Shown: positions 38,270-48,300 of the stretch, piece after piece | Layout of the letters: each line of letters opens with the position of its first letter | Position numbering within the stretch: the first letter of the stretch is position 1 | DNA from: a virus | Length of the DNA stretch: 64,000 nt | Direction: 5' to 3' (one strand) | IMG/VR virus record: IMGVR_UViG_3300025133_000036 | Span: 1-64,000 of that record | Position numbers and translations under genes: made by a program | The notes under the pieces: model-generated | Told to the model about the DNA's origin: nothing | The model's database searches: none | Seen by the model: only the letters and a program-made list of their open reading frames with translations

Positions 38270-39889
38270 ATGTCTTTTAACAAACAAATAAAAGATGTTA
38301 TGGGTGGATACAATCCTCATAATGAGTTGCTAGCTTCCTCTCGTAAATTGGTAAATAAGTGGGAACCCACTGGCCTCTTAGAAGGAATCAACAATGAGTC
38401 GGAAGTCGCTGGTATGGCTGTGCTCTTGGAAAACCAAGCAAAACAGCTTATCGACGAAGCTTCTCAAGTCGGAACTTCAGCTAATCAAGAACAATGGAGT
38501 GGCGTTGCCCTTCCTCTAGTTCGTAGGATTTTCGCTGAACTTTCTGCACAGGAATTTGTTTCTGTCCAACCAATGAATCTACCATCAGGTCTGATTTTCT
38601 ATCTTGATTTCAAGTATGGATCAACTCAGCAAGACGGTAAGCTTCATGCAAAAGACTCTGATCTTTATGGTAACACATCAAGTTCAGGGGACCCTAGCGG
38701 TGGCCTTTACGGCGCCGGCAAATGGGGCTATTCAATTAACGATACTCACTCAGATGTGACATATACGACTGCTTCTGCTACTATTGCGGATGTACGTTGG
38801 GATGCTAATCTATCTGCTTCACTAGCAGCTGGTAGTTTAGTAAAACTTATTGTCTCTTCATCTCAGTTGAGTGAACCGGACTTGGACGGTGTAAAAGCAT
38901 TTGCTATTACTGGTTCGGGTGTTGATGCACTTACTGCATTCTACCCAGCTTTTACTAGCTATGACGCTACAACTGGATTTATCAGCTTTATTGTTGATCC
39001 AACCGAAACCAACTTGTCTGGTTCTGGCAATTCGATTCACGTAGCTTATCACAAACAGCCAGTAGACACCTCTCGCGGTGACTTCGAAGCTGCATCAGCT
39101 GCTGAAGGATCTAATCCTGAAGAAACGAATGCTGGAATTCCTGAAGTTGACATTCAGATGAAGTCAATTCCAATTACTGCTAAAACTCGTAAGTTGAAAG
39201 CTGTTTGGACTCCTGAGCTTGCTCAAGATCTTAACGCTTATCATGCTGTCGATGCTGAAGCAGAATTGACTGCTCTTTTATCTGAGTATGTAACAATGGA
39301 AATCGATTTGGAAATAATCGATATGTTGAAGCAAAATGCTTCTGCTAAAACCGAAAACTGGTCAGCTAAAGTTGGCTATGAGTATAACAATAGTGTATAC
39401 AGTGAACTCACTGGTGCATCTAATGCATACACTAAAGGTGATTGGTATCAAACTCTTGGACATAAGATACAGTCAGTATCTAATGCAATTCACAAGAAAA
39501 CCTTAAGAGGTGGAGCTAACTTTATGGTCGTAAGTCCTGAAGTTGCTACTATTCTTGAAGTAATCCCTGGATTCGCTACAGATTCTGATGCTGATGTCAC
39601 GAAATCCTATGCGATGGGTGTTCAAAAGATTGGTAATTTAGCGAACCGTTTCAACGTATTTAAGAACCCTTACCTACAAGATGATCAAATTCTTATTGGA
39701 TTCAGGGGTGCTCAGTTCTTAGAAACTGGCGCTGTATATGCACCTTACGTGCCTATGATCTTAACACCGGTTGTTTACGATCCAACTAACTTCACTCCTC
39801 GTAGAGGCGTGATGACACGTTATGCTAAGAAAATGATTCGTTCTGAATTCTATGGCTTAGTTAACGTTGCCGATTCAGGTCTTGTTTAA
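38270..39889 (+). CDS. Major capsid protein (T4 gp23-like)
   Basis: LLENQ, LPLVRR, VQPMNLPSGLIFYL, AKTRKLKAVWTPELAQDL, YAPYVP and GVMTRYA motifs; likely maturation site IDE63-A64. Confidence 0.96.
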   Translation: MSFNKQIKDVMGGYNPHNELLASSRKLVNKWEPTGLLEGINNESEVAGMAVLLENQAKQLIDEASQVGTSANQEQWSGVALPLVRRIFAELSAQEFVSVQPMNLPSGLIFYLDFKYGSTQQDGKLHAKDSDLYGNTSSSGDPSGGLYGAGKWGYSINDTHSDVTYTTASATIADVRWDANLSASLAAGSLVKLIVSSSQLSEPDLDGVKAFAITGSGVDALTAFYPAFTSYDATTGFISFIVDPTETNLSGSGNSIHVAYHKQPVDTSRGDFEAASAAEGSNPEETNAGIPEVDIQMKSIPITAKTRKLKAVWTPELAQDLNAYHAVDAEAELTALLSEYVTMEIDLEIIDMLKQNASAKTENWSAKVGYEYNNSVYSELTGASNAYTKGDWYQTLGHKIQSVSNAIHKKTLRGGANFMVVSPEVATILEVIPGFATDSDADVTKSYAMGVQKIGNLANRFNVFKNPYLQDDQILIGFRGAQFLETGAVYAPYVPMILTPVVYDPTNFTPRRGVMTRYAKKMIRSEFYGLVNVADSGLV

Positions 39890-39919
39890 TTAAATTAAAT
39901 TAAACTGATCTATTCAAAT

Positions 39920-39949
39920 AAAAAAGGGGCTCTCTGAGCCCCTTTTTTT
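39920..39949 (+). terminator. Intrinsic terminator after the major capsid gene (possibly bidirectional)
   Basis: A6-ggggctc-tct-gagcccc-T7. Confidence 0.9.
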
Positions 39950-39973
39950 ATGTACTACAACTCCTACTTCTTT

Positions 39974-39982
39974 ATATTTATT
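39974..39982 (+). promoter_or_regulatory. ATATTTATT putative late-promoter motif
   Basis: Sits just after the terminator and before the neck gene, where re-initiation would be needed. Confidence 0.55.
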
Positions 39983-40014
39983 CTTGAAAACGTTTTCAAT
40001 TGGAGAATAAAATT

Positions 40015-41169
40015 ATGGCTGTACCAATTTGGCAAGGTAGCAGTTCATTTTCTGCAGGAAATACTCCGTATGGTTTTTATGATGCAGAAAATAGCTTTAC
40101 ATCGTCCGCTGATCAATTTGCAGACTGGGCCGCAAGACGGCTTGGATACCCTATAGTCGATATAGAATTACAATCTGGTTCTTTTTATGCGTGCTTTGAA
40201 GAATCTGTTACAGAATATAGTGCACAAGTTAACCAATTCAACATAAGAGATAACATGTTGCACCTACAGGGCCAATCTACTGGTTCTAATTTAACGGGTA
40301 AAAAAATAACACCAACACTTGGACGTACTGTTTTTTTAAGTCAACAGTATGGAACAGAAGCAGGCGTTGGAGGATTTATTGATTGGAAAAAAGGAAGTAT
40401 TGACGTCGTAAGCGGAAGTCAAGATTATGATCTTAATGCATTGTGGTCTACTGTATCTGAATCCGGAAAAGCGATTGAAGTTAAAAAAGTTTATCACGAA
40501 GCGTTACCTGCAGCAAATAAATATTTCGATCCATATTCTACAACAGGATATGGAACAGCAAATTTTGTAGACAACTTCTTTGGCTCAGATAAATATTCGC
40601 CCGCGGTGTCATTTGTTTTAATGCCAATGTTTGAAGACTTATTACGAATGCAAGCAATAGAATTTAATGATCAATTTAGAAAATCTTCATATTCTTTTAC
40701 TCTGATAAATAATAAATTAAGAATATTCCCAATACCTGAGAACACAACAAAATTATGGTTCGATTACATCTTAACTGAGGAAAGAAATAATACTCTCATT
40801 ACGGCTAGCGGTGAAACTGCAAATGTAATTTCGGACTATTCTAATGTTCCATACAACAATATGCAATATTTACATATTAATGATGTTGGTAAACAATGGA
40901 TCCGGAAATATGGTTTAGCATTGTGTAAAGAATTATTAGGAACTATTAGAAGTAAATTCGCAACTGTACCGATTCCCAATTCGGAAATAACTTTAGACGG
41001 TGATACCTTAAGGGCTGAAGCTGCAACTGACAAGGAGGCTCTTTTAGCTGAATTAAGAGAAACTCTTGAACAGACTAGTCGAAAAATATTGATGGAAACG
41101 GATAGTGAAGAAAGTACACGACTACAAGAAAAACTTAATAAAGTTCCACTTAATATCTATATAGGATAA
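40015..41169 (+). CDS. Neck / head-tail adaptor protein (gp13-like)
   Basis: RRLGYPIVDIEL, WIRKYGLALCKELLG.IRSKF..VPIP motifs; follows the MCP; start at ATG 40015 with GGAG SD. Confidence 0.75.
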   Translation: MAVPIWQGSSSFSAGNTPYGFYDAENSFTSSADQFADWAARRLGYPIVDIELQSGSFYACFEESVTEYSAQVNQFNIRDNMLHLQGQSTGSNLTGKKITPTLGRTVFLSQQYGTEAGVGGFIDWKKGSIDVVSGSQDYDLNALWSTVSESGKAIEVKKVYHEALPAANKYFDPYSTTGYGTANFVDNFFGSDKYSPAVSFVLMPMFEDLLRMQAIEFNDQFRKSSYSFTLINNKLRIFPIPENTTKLWFDYILTEERNNTLITASGETANVISDYSNVPYNNMQYLHINDVGKQWIRKYGLALCKELLGTIRSKFATVPIPNSEITLDGDTLRAEAATDKEALLAELRETLEQTSRKILMETDSEESTRLQEKLNKVPLNIYIG

Positions 41170-41173
41170 TCTT

Positions 41174-41656
41174 ATGGCTGGAAGATTTATACGATCAAGA
41201 GACGTAGAATTTTTTGATACCGTGAATAAAGAACTTGTAGGAGATCCTATAAAGTCAAAACCTGGGGTTATCAACCAAGAAGTTACAGCATTTAAAGTTT
41301 CTGTATACGAAACTAAAACAAATTTATATGGCGAATCGTCTTCAGGTAGAACATATCAAAAAGGTATATCGTTAAACTGTATAGTAGAAGCAGATGATTT
41401 CGATTATGAACTTACAGAATTTGGACCAGATGTAAACTTTAATGCTACTTTTTCATTTTTACGTCAATCATTAAAAGAAGCAAGTTATGTTCCCGATGTT
41501 GGGGATATTCTCAAATGGAACTATGCACATTGGGAAATTAATGCTATAAATGAGAATCAATTAATAGGCGGTATGCAAGATCAAAACCATTCTGTTGTAT
41601 GCACCGCCCATATTACAGAGATTTCTAGATTAAATATTGAAAGAGTGAGATCATAG
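41174..41656 (+). CDS. Head completion / neck protein (gp14-like)
   Basis: NLYGES and PDVGDIL motifs; position between gp13-like and gp15-like genes. Confidence 0.65.
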   Translation: MAGRFIRSRDVEFFDTVNKELVGDPIKSKPGVINQEVTAFKVSVYETKTNLYGESSSGRTYQKGISLNCIVEADDFDYELTEFGPDVNFNATFSFLRQSLKEASYVPDVGDILKWNYAHWEINAINENQLIGGMQDQNHSVVCTAHITEISRLNIERVRS

Positions 41657-44295
41657 TGGCAAATATAGAGTTAAGCGATCCAAGACCGGTAGAAGAAAAG
41701 AAAACCCTGCAAGAAAAACAAAATCGAGGCAGAGAATTATCTAGGTCTGATGATAATGTTAAATCATTATCTGTTGGGCTTATGGATATTGATTCTGCTA
41801 TTTTTTACTATTTTGAAAACGTAATAAAACCAGATATCCGCGAACATGGCGAACGCGTAAAAGTTCCAGTAATGTATGCTAACCCAGAAAGATGGGCTTC
41901 AATCCAACAGCAAGGTGCGATACGAGATAAAAAACGAAAAATTATAACACCTGCAATTGCTTTTAGAAGAACTTCTATGGCAAAAGATGATACAATTCCT
42001 GTTGATAAGATCGACCCACAAGATCCTAAACTGTTTCAAACGTATCAATCACAGTATACTCGTCAAAATCGATATGATAAATTAAGTGCAACAAAAGGAA
42101 TAACGCCCAAAAAAGAAATGTACGCCGTTTCAGTACCAGATTATATGGTACTAACGTATGAGTTTATTGTTTGGACAAGCTTCACGGACCAAATGAATAC
42201 AATTATTGAAAGAATTAATTGGGCTGAAGGTGCGTACTGGGGAGAACCTGGTAAATTCAAATTTAGAACTTCAATAGATTCATTTGAAGATGCTAGTGAA
42301 TTTGAAGGTCAAAAGAGAAATATAAAAACAAATTTTTCTGTAACATTAAGAGGCTACCTATTACCGGAATCATTTAATCCTGTCAACACAGAAAAATTTA
42401 TAACTCCAAAACAATTAGTAGTAACAAACGAAACGGATGTTGACGTTATGTCTATTACTGATGTAGATACGGAAGGTGTCAAGTCAGTACGAGTTGTAAC
42501 TCAAACTAGTTCTGGTGGATCTACTACAACTACTAGTGGTGGCAGCGGTATTTTTGCACTTACTGGTTCAATACAATCAACAACTAATGATTTACAAGTA
42601 ACAGGTAGTTTAGTTGCAACATCATTTGTAGGTAGTGGAGCAGGGTTAACTGGTGTACCAGCAAGTGGTATAGAAGGACAACTTGGCATATTCAATACAA
42701 CTGGTTCTTTTGAATCAACAACAAACAATTTACAAATTACTGGTTCTATAGATACAACGGGTGATATTACTGCAAGTAATCTTAATGTTGGCCAATATAT
42801 TTATCATACAGATGATGTTAATACTTATCTTAATTTTACAAATGATAGACTTAGATTTAATATTGGTGGTATATCATACATAGATTTAAACGATGCAGGT
42901 TCTGCTCCACACGATGTTACATTCAACGATGGTGGTAATAATGTAGATTTAGTCATTAAAGGTGATTCTAATAATCCTTTATTTAAAACTGATTCTTCTG
43001 CAAATAGAATAGGAACACATGGTAAAGGTACGCCAGAAGTTGCTTTCCATATAGGTGGTTCTGAATTAAGGGTTGATGGGAATATAAGTGGTTCATCAAC
43101 TGGGACTGGTTCGTTTGGTTTACTACAAGGTGATGGTAGAGAACTAACAGGAGTTACAGCTGAATGGGATGGTACTCATGCAGGAGATGCTCAAATAACT
43201 GGATCGCTTAACGTTAGTAGTTCATTTTCAATAAATGATATAGAAGTTGATACTTCTGGAAGTATAAGAGATCAAGTATTAAAGTTTAACGGTACAAAAT
43301 GGGTTTCTGCAGCAGAAGGAAGTACTTTTGTATTTTCTATAGCTAGCTTTTCTGATGGTGAATCAACTTCACAAGTGGCTGGCACAGCAGGAGCAACTTG
43401 GAAAGCCGCCGATGCAATAACTTTTACTGCCACTTACAATAATGGACCACCTACTATTGCGGCTATTTCTGAATCTCAAACTAGCACTGGCATTTCAGAT
43501 TGGACAACTCCATTCGCAACTGATGATAATACTGTAGCAATTACATATCCAAATCCAGGAAGCACCCGGAGATTTCAAGTAATTGCTGATGGTCTTACTA
43601 CTAATGAAAGTTCTATAACTTTTAAAAATTATATTTTCTATGGCGCATCCACACAAGCAAATTCGTATGATGAGTCTTTTATTGAAGGTTTAACTTCAAC
43701 TTTATCTGAGGATAAAACACAAAATAATTTAAGTATAAATGCAAGTGGAAATAAATATGTATTTTGGATATATCCAAATAGATTAGGGACAGTATCTAAT
43801 TATTTTACTTGGGGAACTTCAACAAGCAACCAAGTAGTTATGGCAACTTCAGTAATTGGCTCTGCTTACAGTGTAACTAATTCAGCAGGTTTAACAGAGA
43901 ATTATAAAATATATCGTTCTGATGTTACTGTTAACGAAAGTGGAAGATTAGATACGGGAGTGTCATTAATAAATTATATTTATTGGGGTGCATCAGGAGC
44001 CGCTAGCGGATGGGATTCAGACGATATTAAGGCACTAGCATTTAAAGATAATTCTAATGATCAAACTCAAGTATGGACAGAAGTAACGGGAATGACAAGT
44101 GAATACATACTAATATGTATTCCAAGTAGGTTAACAGATCCAGCATCATTTTGGGATAATTCAACAGGATTTGGCGCAGATTTTGAATCTTCAGTCACTG
44201 TTAGTGTAACAAACTATGTTGGATATACAGAAAATTATGATGTTTTTAGATCAACCAATACTGTAACAGGTGATTTTACATTGGAAACTAAATAA
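41656..44295 (+). CDS. Tail terminator / sheath stabiliser (gp15-like) N-domain fused to a long fibre-like extension
   Basis: KVPVMYANPERW, PDYMVLTYEFIVWT, QMNTIIE and LRGYLLP in the first ~260 aa, then a Gly/Ser/Thr-rich extension. Confidence 0.65.
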   Translation: MANIELSDPRPVEEKKTLQEKQNRGRELSRSDDNVKSLSVGLMDIDSAIFYYFENVIKPDIREHGERVKVPVMYANPERWASIQQQGAIRDKKRKIITPAIAFRRTSMAKDDTIPVDKIDPQDPKLFQTYQSQYTRQNRYDKLSATKGITPKKEMYAVSVPDYMVLTYEFIVWTSFTDQMNTIIERINWAEGAYWGEPGKFKFRTSIDSFEDASEFEGQKRNIKTNFSVTLRGYLLPESFNPVNTEKFITPKQLVVTNETDVDVMSITDVDTEGVKSVRVVTQTSSGGSTTTTSGGSGIFALTGSIQSTTNDLQVTGSLVATSFVGSGAGLTGVPASGIEGQLGIFNTTGSFESTTNNLQITGSIDTTGDITASNLNVGQYIYHTDDVNTYLNFTNDRLRFNIGGISYIDLNDAGSAPHDVTFNDGGNNVDLVIKGDSNNPLFKTDSSANRIGTHGKGTPEVAFHIGGSELRVDGNISGSSTGTGSFGLLQGDGRELTGVTAEWDGTHAGDAQITGSLNVSSSFSINDIEVDTSGSIRDQVLKFNGTKWVSAAEGSTFVFSIASFSDGESTSQVAGTAGATWKAADAITFTATYNNGPPTIAAISESQTSTGISDWTTPFATDDNTVAITYPNPGSTRRFQVIADGLTTNESSITFKNYIFYGASTQANSYDESFIEGLTSTLSEDKTQNNLSINASGNKYVFWIYPNRLGTVSNYFTWGTSTSNQVVMATSVIGSAYSVTNSAGLTENYKIYRSDVTVNESGRLDTGVSLINYIYWGASGAASGWDSDDIKALAFKDNSNDQTQVWTEVTGMTSEYILICIPSRLTDPASFWDNSTGFGADFESSVTVSVTNYVGYTENYDVFRSTNTVTGDFTLETK

Positions 44296-45110
44296 TGCCA
44301 AAGATATTAGGAAAATTTACACCATATGACGCGTCAAATAAATTACTTGATGGACGATATGTCGACGGTAATATAACCGGCAGCCAAGTAAGTGCAAGTG
44401 GAGCAATAGTTGCTAGTTCATTTACTGGAGACGGTAGTGGATTAACTGGATTAGCCGCTTCATATACTCAAGCTGAAATCAGTGGCGCATTAGGCACAAA
44501 TGCAGATTTTATAAGAAACCAAACCGCTGATAAAGTTAGTGGTTCATTGGGCACAAATGCAACATTTTTACGAAATTTAACTCCAGATAAAGTAAGTCAA
44601 TCGTTAGGTTCTAATGCCACTTTTTTACGATCACACACTTCTGCAAATGTAAGTGGTGCTTTGGGTGCAAATGCACCATTTATACGATCATTAACTCAAG
44701 CCGACGTAAGTGGTTCATTAGGAACCAACGCTAATTTTATACGAAATCAAACTGCTGGGAAAGTCAGTGGTTCATGGCAAGGGGAATTATCTTCAAGTGA
44801 GCTTACTTTTGCAGGTGGTGGTATTAGCGGTTCAGTTACGTCTACAGGTTCATTTAGTAGAGTAGAAGTTAGCGCAGACGGATTTGCTATCGGCGGAACA
44901 GAGATTAACCAAACTGTGGCCCAAAATATTACAGCTTTAGATCAACAACTATATACCGCTTCTACACCAACTTTCGCAGGAGTTACATTAACAGGTGATA
45001 GTACATTTGGTAATGCTCTTACTGATACGTATAAAGCTACCGGTAGCTTGAAAATTACAGGCTCTTTAGAAGTCGATGGTGTATTTAATATAGATGGAGG
45101 AACATTTTAA
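44295..45110 (+). CDS. Fibre-associated structural protein with 19-aa repeats
   Basis: Five SG(S/A)LG.NA.F(I/L)R..T...V-type units; ends in IDGGTF. Confidence 0.65.
   Translation: MPKILGKFTPYDASNKLLDGRYVDGNITGSQVSASGAIVASSFTGDGSGLTGLAASYTQAEISGALGTNADFIRNQTADKVSGSLGTNATFLRNLTPDKVSQSLGSNATFLRSHTSANVSGALGANAPFIRSLTQADVSGSLGTNANFIRNQTAGKVSGSWQGELSSSELTFAGGGISGSVTSTGSFSRVEVSADGFAIGGTEINQTVAQNITALDQQLYTASTPTFAGVTLTGDSTFGNALTDTYKATGSLKITGSLEVDGVFNIDGGTF
44481..44765 (+). repeat. 57-bp (19-aa) degenerate coding repeat, 5 copies
   Basis: SGALGTNADFIRNQTADKV-type units in tandem. Confidence 0.85.
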
Positions 45111-45301
45111 TGGATAAAGATATTGCAAAACGCGCAAAAGATATGATGGTCGAATTTAGTGCCTTAGGTCATAAACTTTCACGCTTAGCCCATGATGCGG
45201 CATTAACAGGGGATAAAACTCAAAACCGTCAGTTCGGGAAAGTCGCAAAAGAATACCAAAAGTTTTTTGGTGAATTAAAAAAATTACACAAACTATTATA
45301 G
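45110..45301 (+). CDS. Hypothetical small helical protein
   Basis: 63-aa ORF, TAATG-coupled to the upstream gene, GGAGG upstream. Confidence 0.6.
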   Translation: MDKDIAKRAKDMMVEFSALGHKLSRLAHDAALTGDKTQNRQFGKVAKEYQKFFGELKKLHKLL

Positions 45302-45356
45302 TTTTAATCCTATTCATATGAGCAAATATATATTTGTATAAGGAGGCCGTTATATA

Positions 45357-48300
45357 ATGGCAAAACAGCACACAGTAAAACTTAAAAGATCTGCAGTCGA
45401 AGGTCGAGCGCCTAATACTGGAAGTTTAGTTCTTGGTGAATTAGCTATCAATACTTATGATGGTAAAATTTATTTTGAAAAAAGTGGAAGCGTTGAAAGT
45501 ATACAGCAAATTGTTACATCCGATGCACATACGTCAGGTTCAATAGATATTTCTGGTGCAGTTACGGCTTCTTTTTTCAAAGGTGATGCTTCAGGACTAT
45601 CAAATATACCCACTGGTCCACAAGGTAATCAAGGAAATCAAGGTAACCAAGGTAACCAAGGAAACCAAGGAAACCAAGGTAATCAAGGTAACCAAGGAAA
45701 CCAAGGAAACCAAGGTAATCAAGGTAACCAAGGTAATCAAGGTCGTCAAGGACCATTAGGTCCACTCGGCCCTCAAGGTAACCAAGGAAACCAGGGTAAT
45801 CAAGGTAATCAAGGTTCTGAAGGTAACTTCGGTGGTGCAACATTTGAATATGATTTTAGTACAACAACAACGACTTCTGATCCAGGAACAGGAAAATTAA
45901 GATTTAATCAAGCGGATCAAAATACTGCTACAAATATTTATATTGATGAAACGGATGTAAATGGTACTGATATTTCGAATTATCTAGTTACGATAGATGA
46001 TTCTACTTCAACTATCAAAGGCCATGTTAAAATATCAAATAAATTAGATTCCGCACAATTTATATTAGGAACGATATCAAGCCAAACTGACAATACCGGA
46101 TGGCATACAATTATCATATCTGTTATCGATTCTTCTGCTACATCACCATTCAGTGATACAGAAGATATATTGGTTACTTTTGCCAGAACAGGTGATAAAG
46201 GCGATACAGGAAATCAAGGACCCCAAGGAAACCAAGGCCCATTAGGTCCACAAGGCAACCAAGGCAACCAAGGTAATCAAGGCAACCAAGGTGATACCGG
46301 CGCTCAGGGTAACCAAGGTAATCAAGGTCCTACAGGCCAAACAGGTAATCAAGGTAATCAAGGCAATACTGGTCCATTAGGCCCACTCGGTCCTCAAGGT
46401 AATCAAGGCAACCAAGGCAATCAAGGTAACCAAGGTCGTCAAGGACCACTCGGTCCTCAAGGTAATCAAGGCAACCAAGGTAATCAAGGAAATCAAGGTC
46501 GTCAAGGCCCACTCGGTCCGCAGGGCAATCAAGGAAACACCGGTCCACTCGGCCCTCAAGGTAACCAAGGAAACCAAGGCCCATTAGGTCCACTCGGCCC
46601 TCAAGGTAACCAAGGAAATACCGGCCCACTCGGTCCTCAAGGAAATCAAGGCAATCAAGGTCGTCAAGGACCACTTGGCCCACTCGGTCCTCAAGGTAAT
46701 CAAGGTAACCAAGGTCGTCAAGGTCCACTCGGTCCACAAGGCAACCAAGGTCGTCAAGGACCACTCGGTCCACAAGGCAACCAAGGTAATCAAGGAAACC
46801 AAGGAAACCAAGGTCCAATCGGTAACACCGGCCCTCTTGGTCCTCAAGGTAATCAAGGCAACCAAGGTAATCAAGGCAACCAAGGTCGTCAAGGTCCACT
46901 CGGTCCTCAAGGTAACCAAGGAAATACTGGATCAACTGGTGCTCAAGGTAACCAAGGCAACCAAGGTAACCAAGGCAGACAAGGACCACTCGGTCCTCAA
47001 GGTAACCAAGGCAACCAAGGCAACCAAGGCAGACAAGGACCACTCGGTCATCAAGGTGCAAATGGTCCTTTAGGTCCTCAAGGCAACCAAGGTAATACTG
47101 GCGCTCAGGGTAATCAAGGAAATCAAGGTACTGAAGGTAATTTCGGTGGAGCTTCATTCGAATATAATTTTGCTACAGCCACTACAATGCAAGACCCAGG
47201 AAGCGGTGCTTTAAGACTTAATGCCGCAGACCAAAATACCGCTACTAACATAGCTATTGATGAATTAGATGCCGATGGTACTGATATATCATCGTATCTC
47301 CAAACTATAGATGACAGTACATCTACGATTAAAGGTCATGTAAAGATTTCAAACAAAACTGATAGTAGTCAGTTTATATTAGGTACGATATCAAGTCAAA
47401 CCGACAATACAGGATGGCACACAATTGTTATATCTGTAGTTGATTCATCAGCTACATCACCATTTAGTAATGCAGAAGATATTATAGTTACCTTTGCCAG
47501 AACAGGTGATAAAGGCGATACTGGAGCTCAAGGTAATATAGGTGCTCAAGGTAACCAAGGTAACCAAGGCAATCAAGGAAGACAAGGACCAGCAGGTACT
47601 GGTGCTCAAGGTAACCAAGGTAATCAAGGTAACCAAGGTAACCAAGGCAATCAAGGAAGACAAGGACCAGCAGGTACTGGTGCTCAAGGTAACCAAGGTA
47701 ATCAAGGCCGTCAAGGACCAATAGGAAATACTGGTCCAATTGGAAATACTGGTGCTCAAGGTAACCAAGGAAATCAAGGAAATACTGGATCAACTGGTTC
47801 TCAAGGTAACCAAGGTCCAATTGGAAATACTGGTGCTCAAGGTAATCAAGGTAACCAAGGAAATCAAGGAAATACTGGATCAACTGGTTCTCAAGGTAAC
47901 CAAGGTAATCAAGGTCGTCAAGGACCATTAGGTCCACTCGGCCCTCAAGGCAACCAAGGTAATCAAGGCAACCAAGGTAATCAAGGAAATACTGGCCCAC
48001 TCGGTCCTCAAGGAAATCAAGGTAACCAAGGTCGTCAAGGTCCACTTGGACCACAAGGTAATCAGGGAAATCAAGGTAACCAAGGTAATCACGGCAACCA
48101 AGGTAACCAAGGTAATCAAGGGCCATTAGGTCCACAAGGAAATCAAGGAAATCAAGGTTCTGAAGGTAACTTTGGTGGAGCATCTTTTAAATATACTTTT
48201 GAAGCCGATACAGATGCAACAGACCCGGGAGCCGGAAAAGTAAAATTAAATCAGACCGATCAAAATACCGCTACAAATATATACATTAACGATGCAGATG

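Noticed and set aside
29810-39889. Inteins or introns in terminase, portal or capsid genes
   Set aside because: Lengths are ordinary, motifs are contiguous, and no intein or homing-endonuclease signatures were seen.
39950-40156. 68-aa ORF after the capsid terminator
   Set aside because: It starts at the terminator tail and overlaps the neck gene out of frame; the region is better explained as promoter plus SD.
45357-45520. Diversity-generating retroelement suggested by the Mtd-like N-terminal fibre motif
   Set aside because: No reverse transcriptase in the window and no repeat pair differing specifically at adenines was seen.
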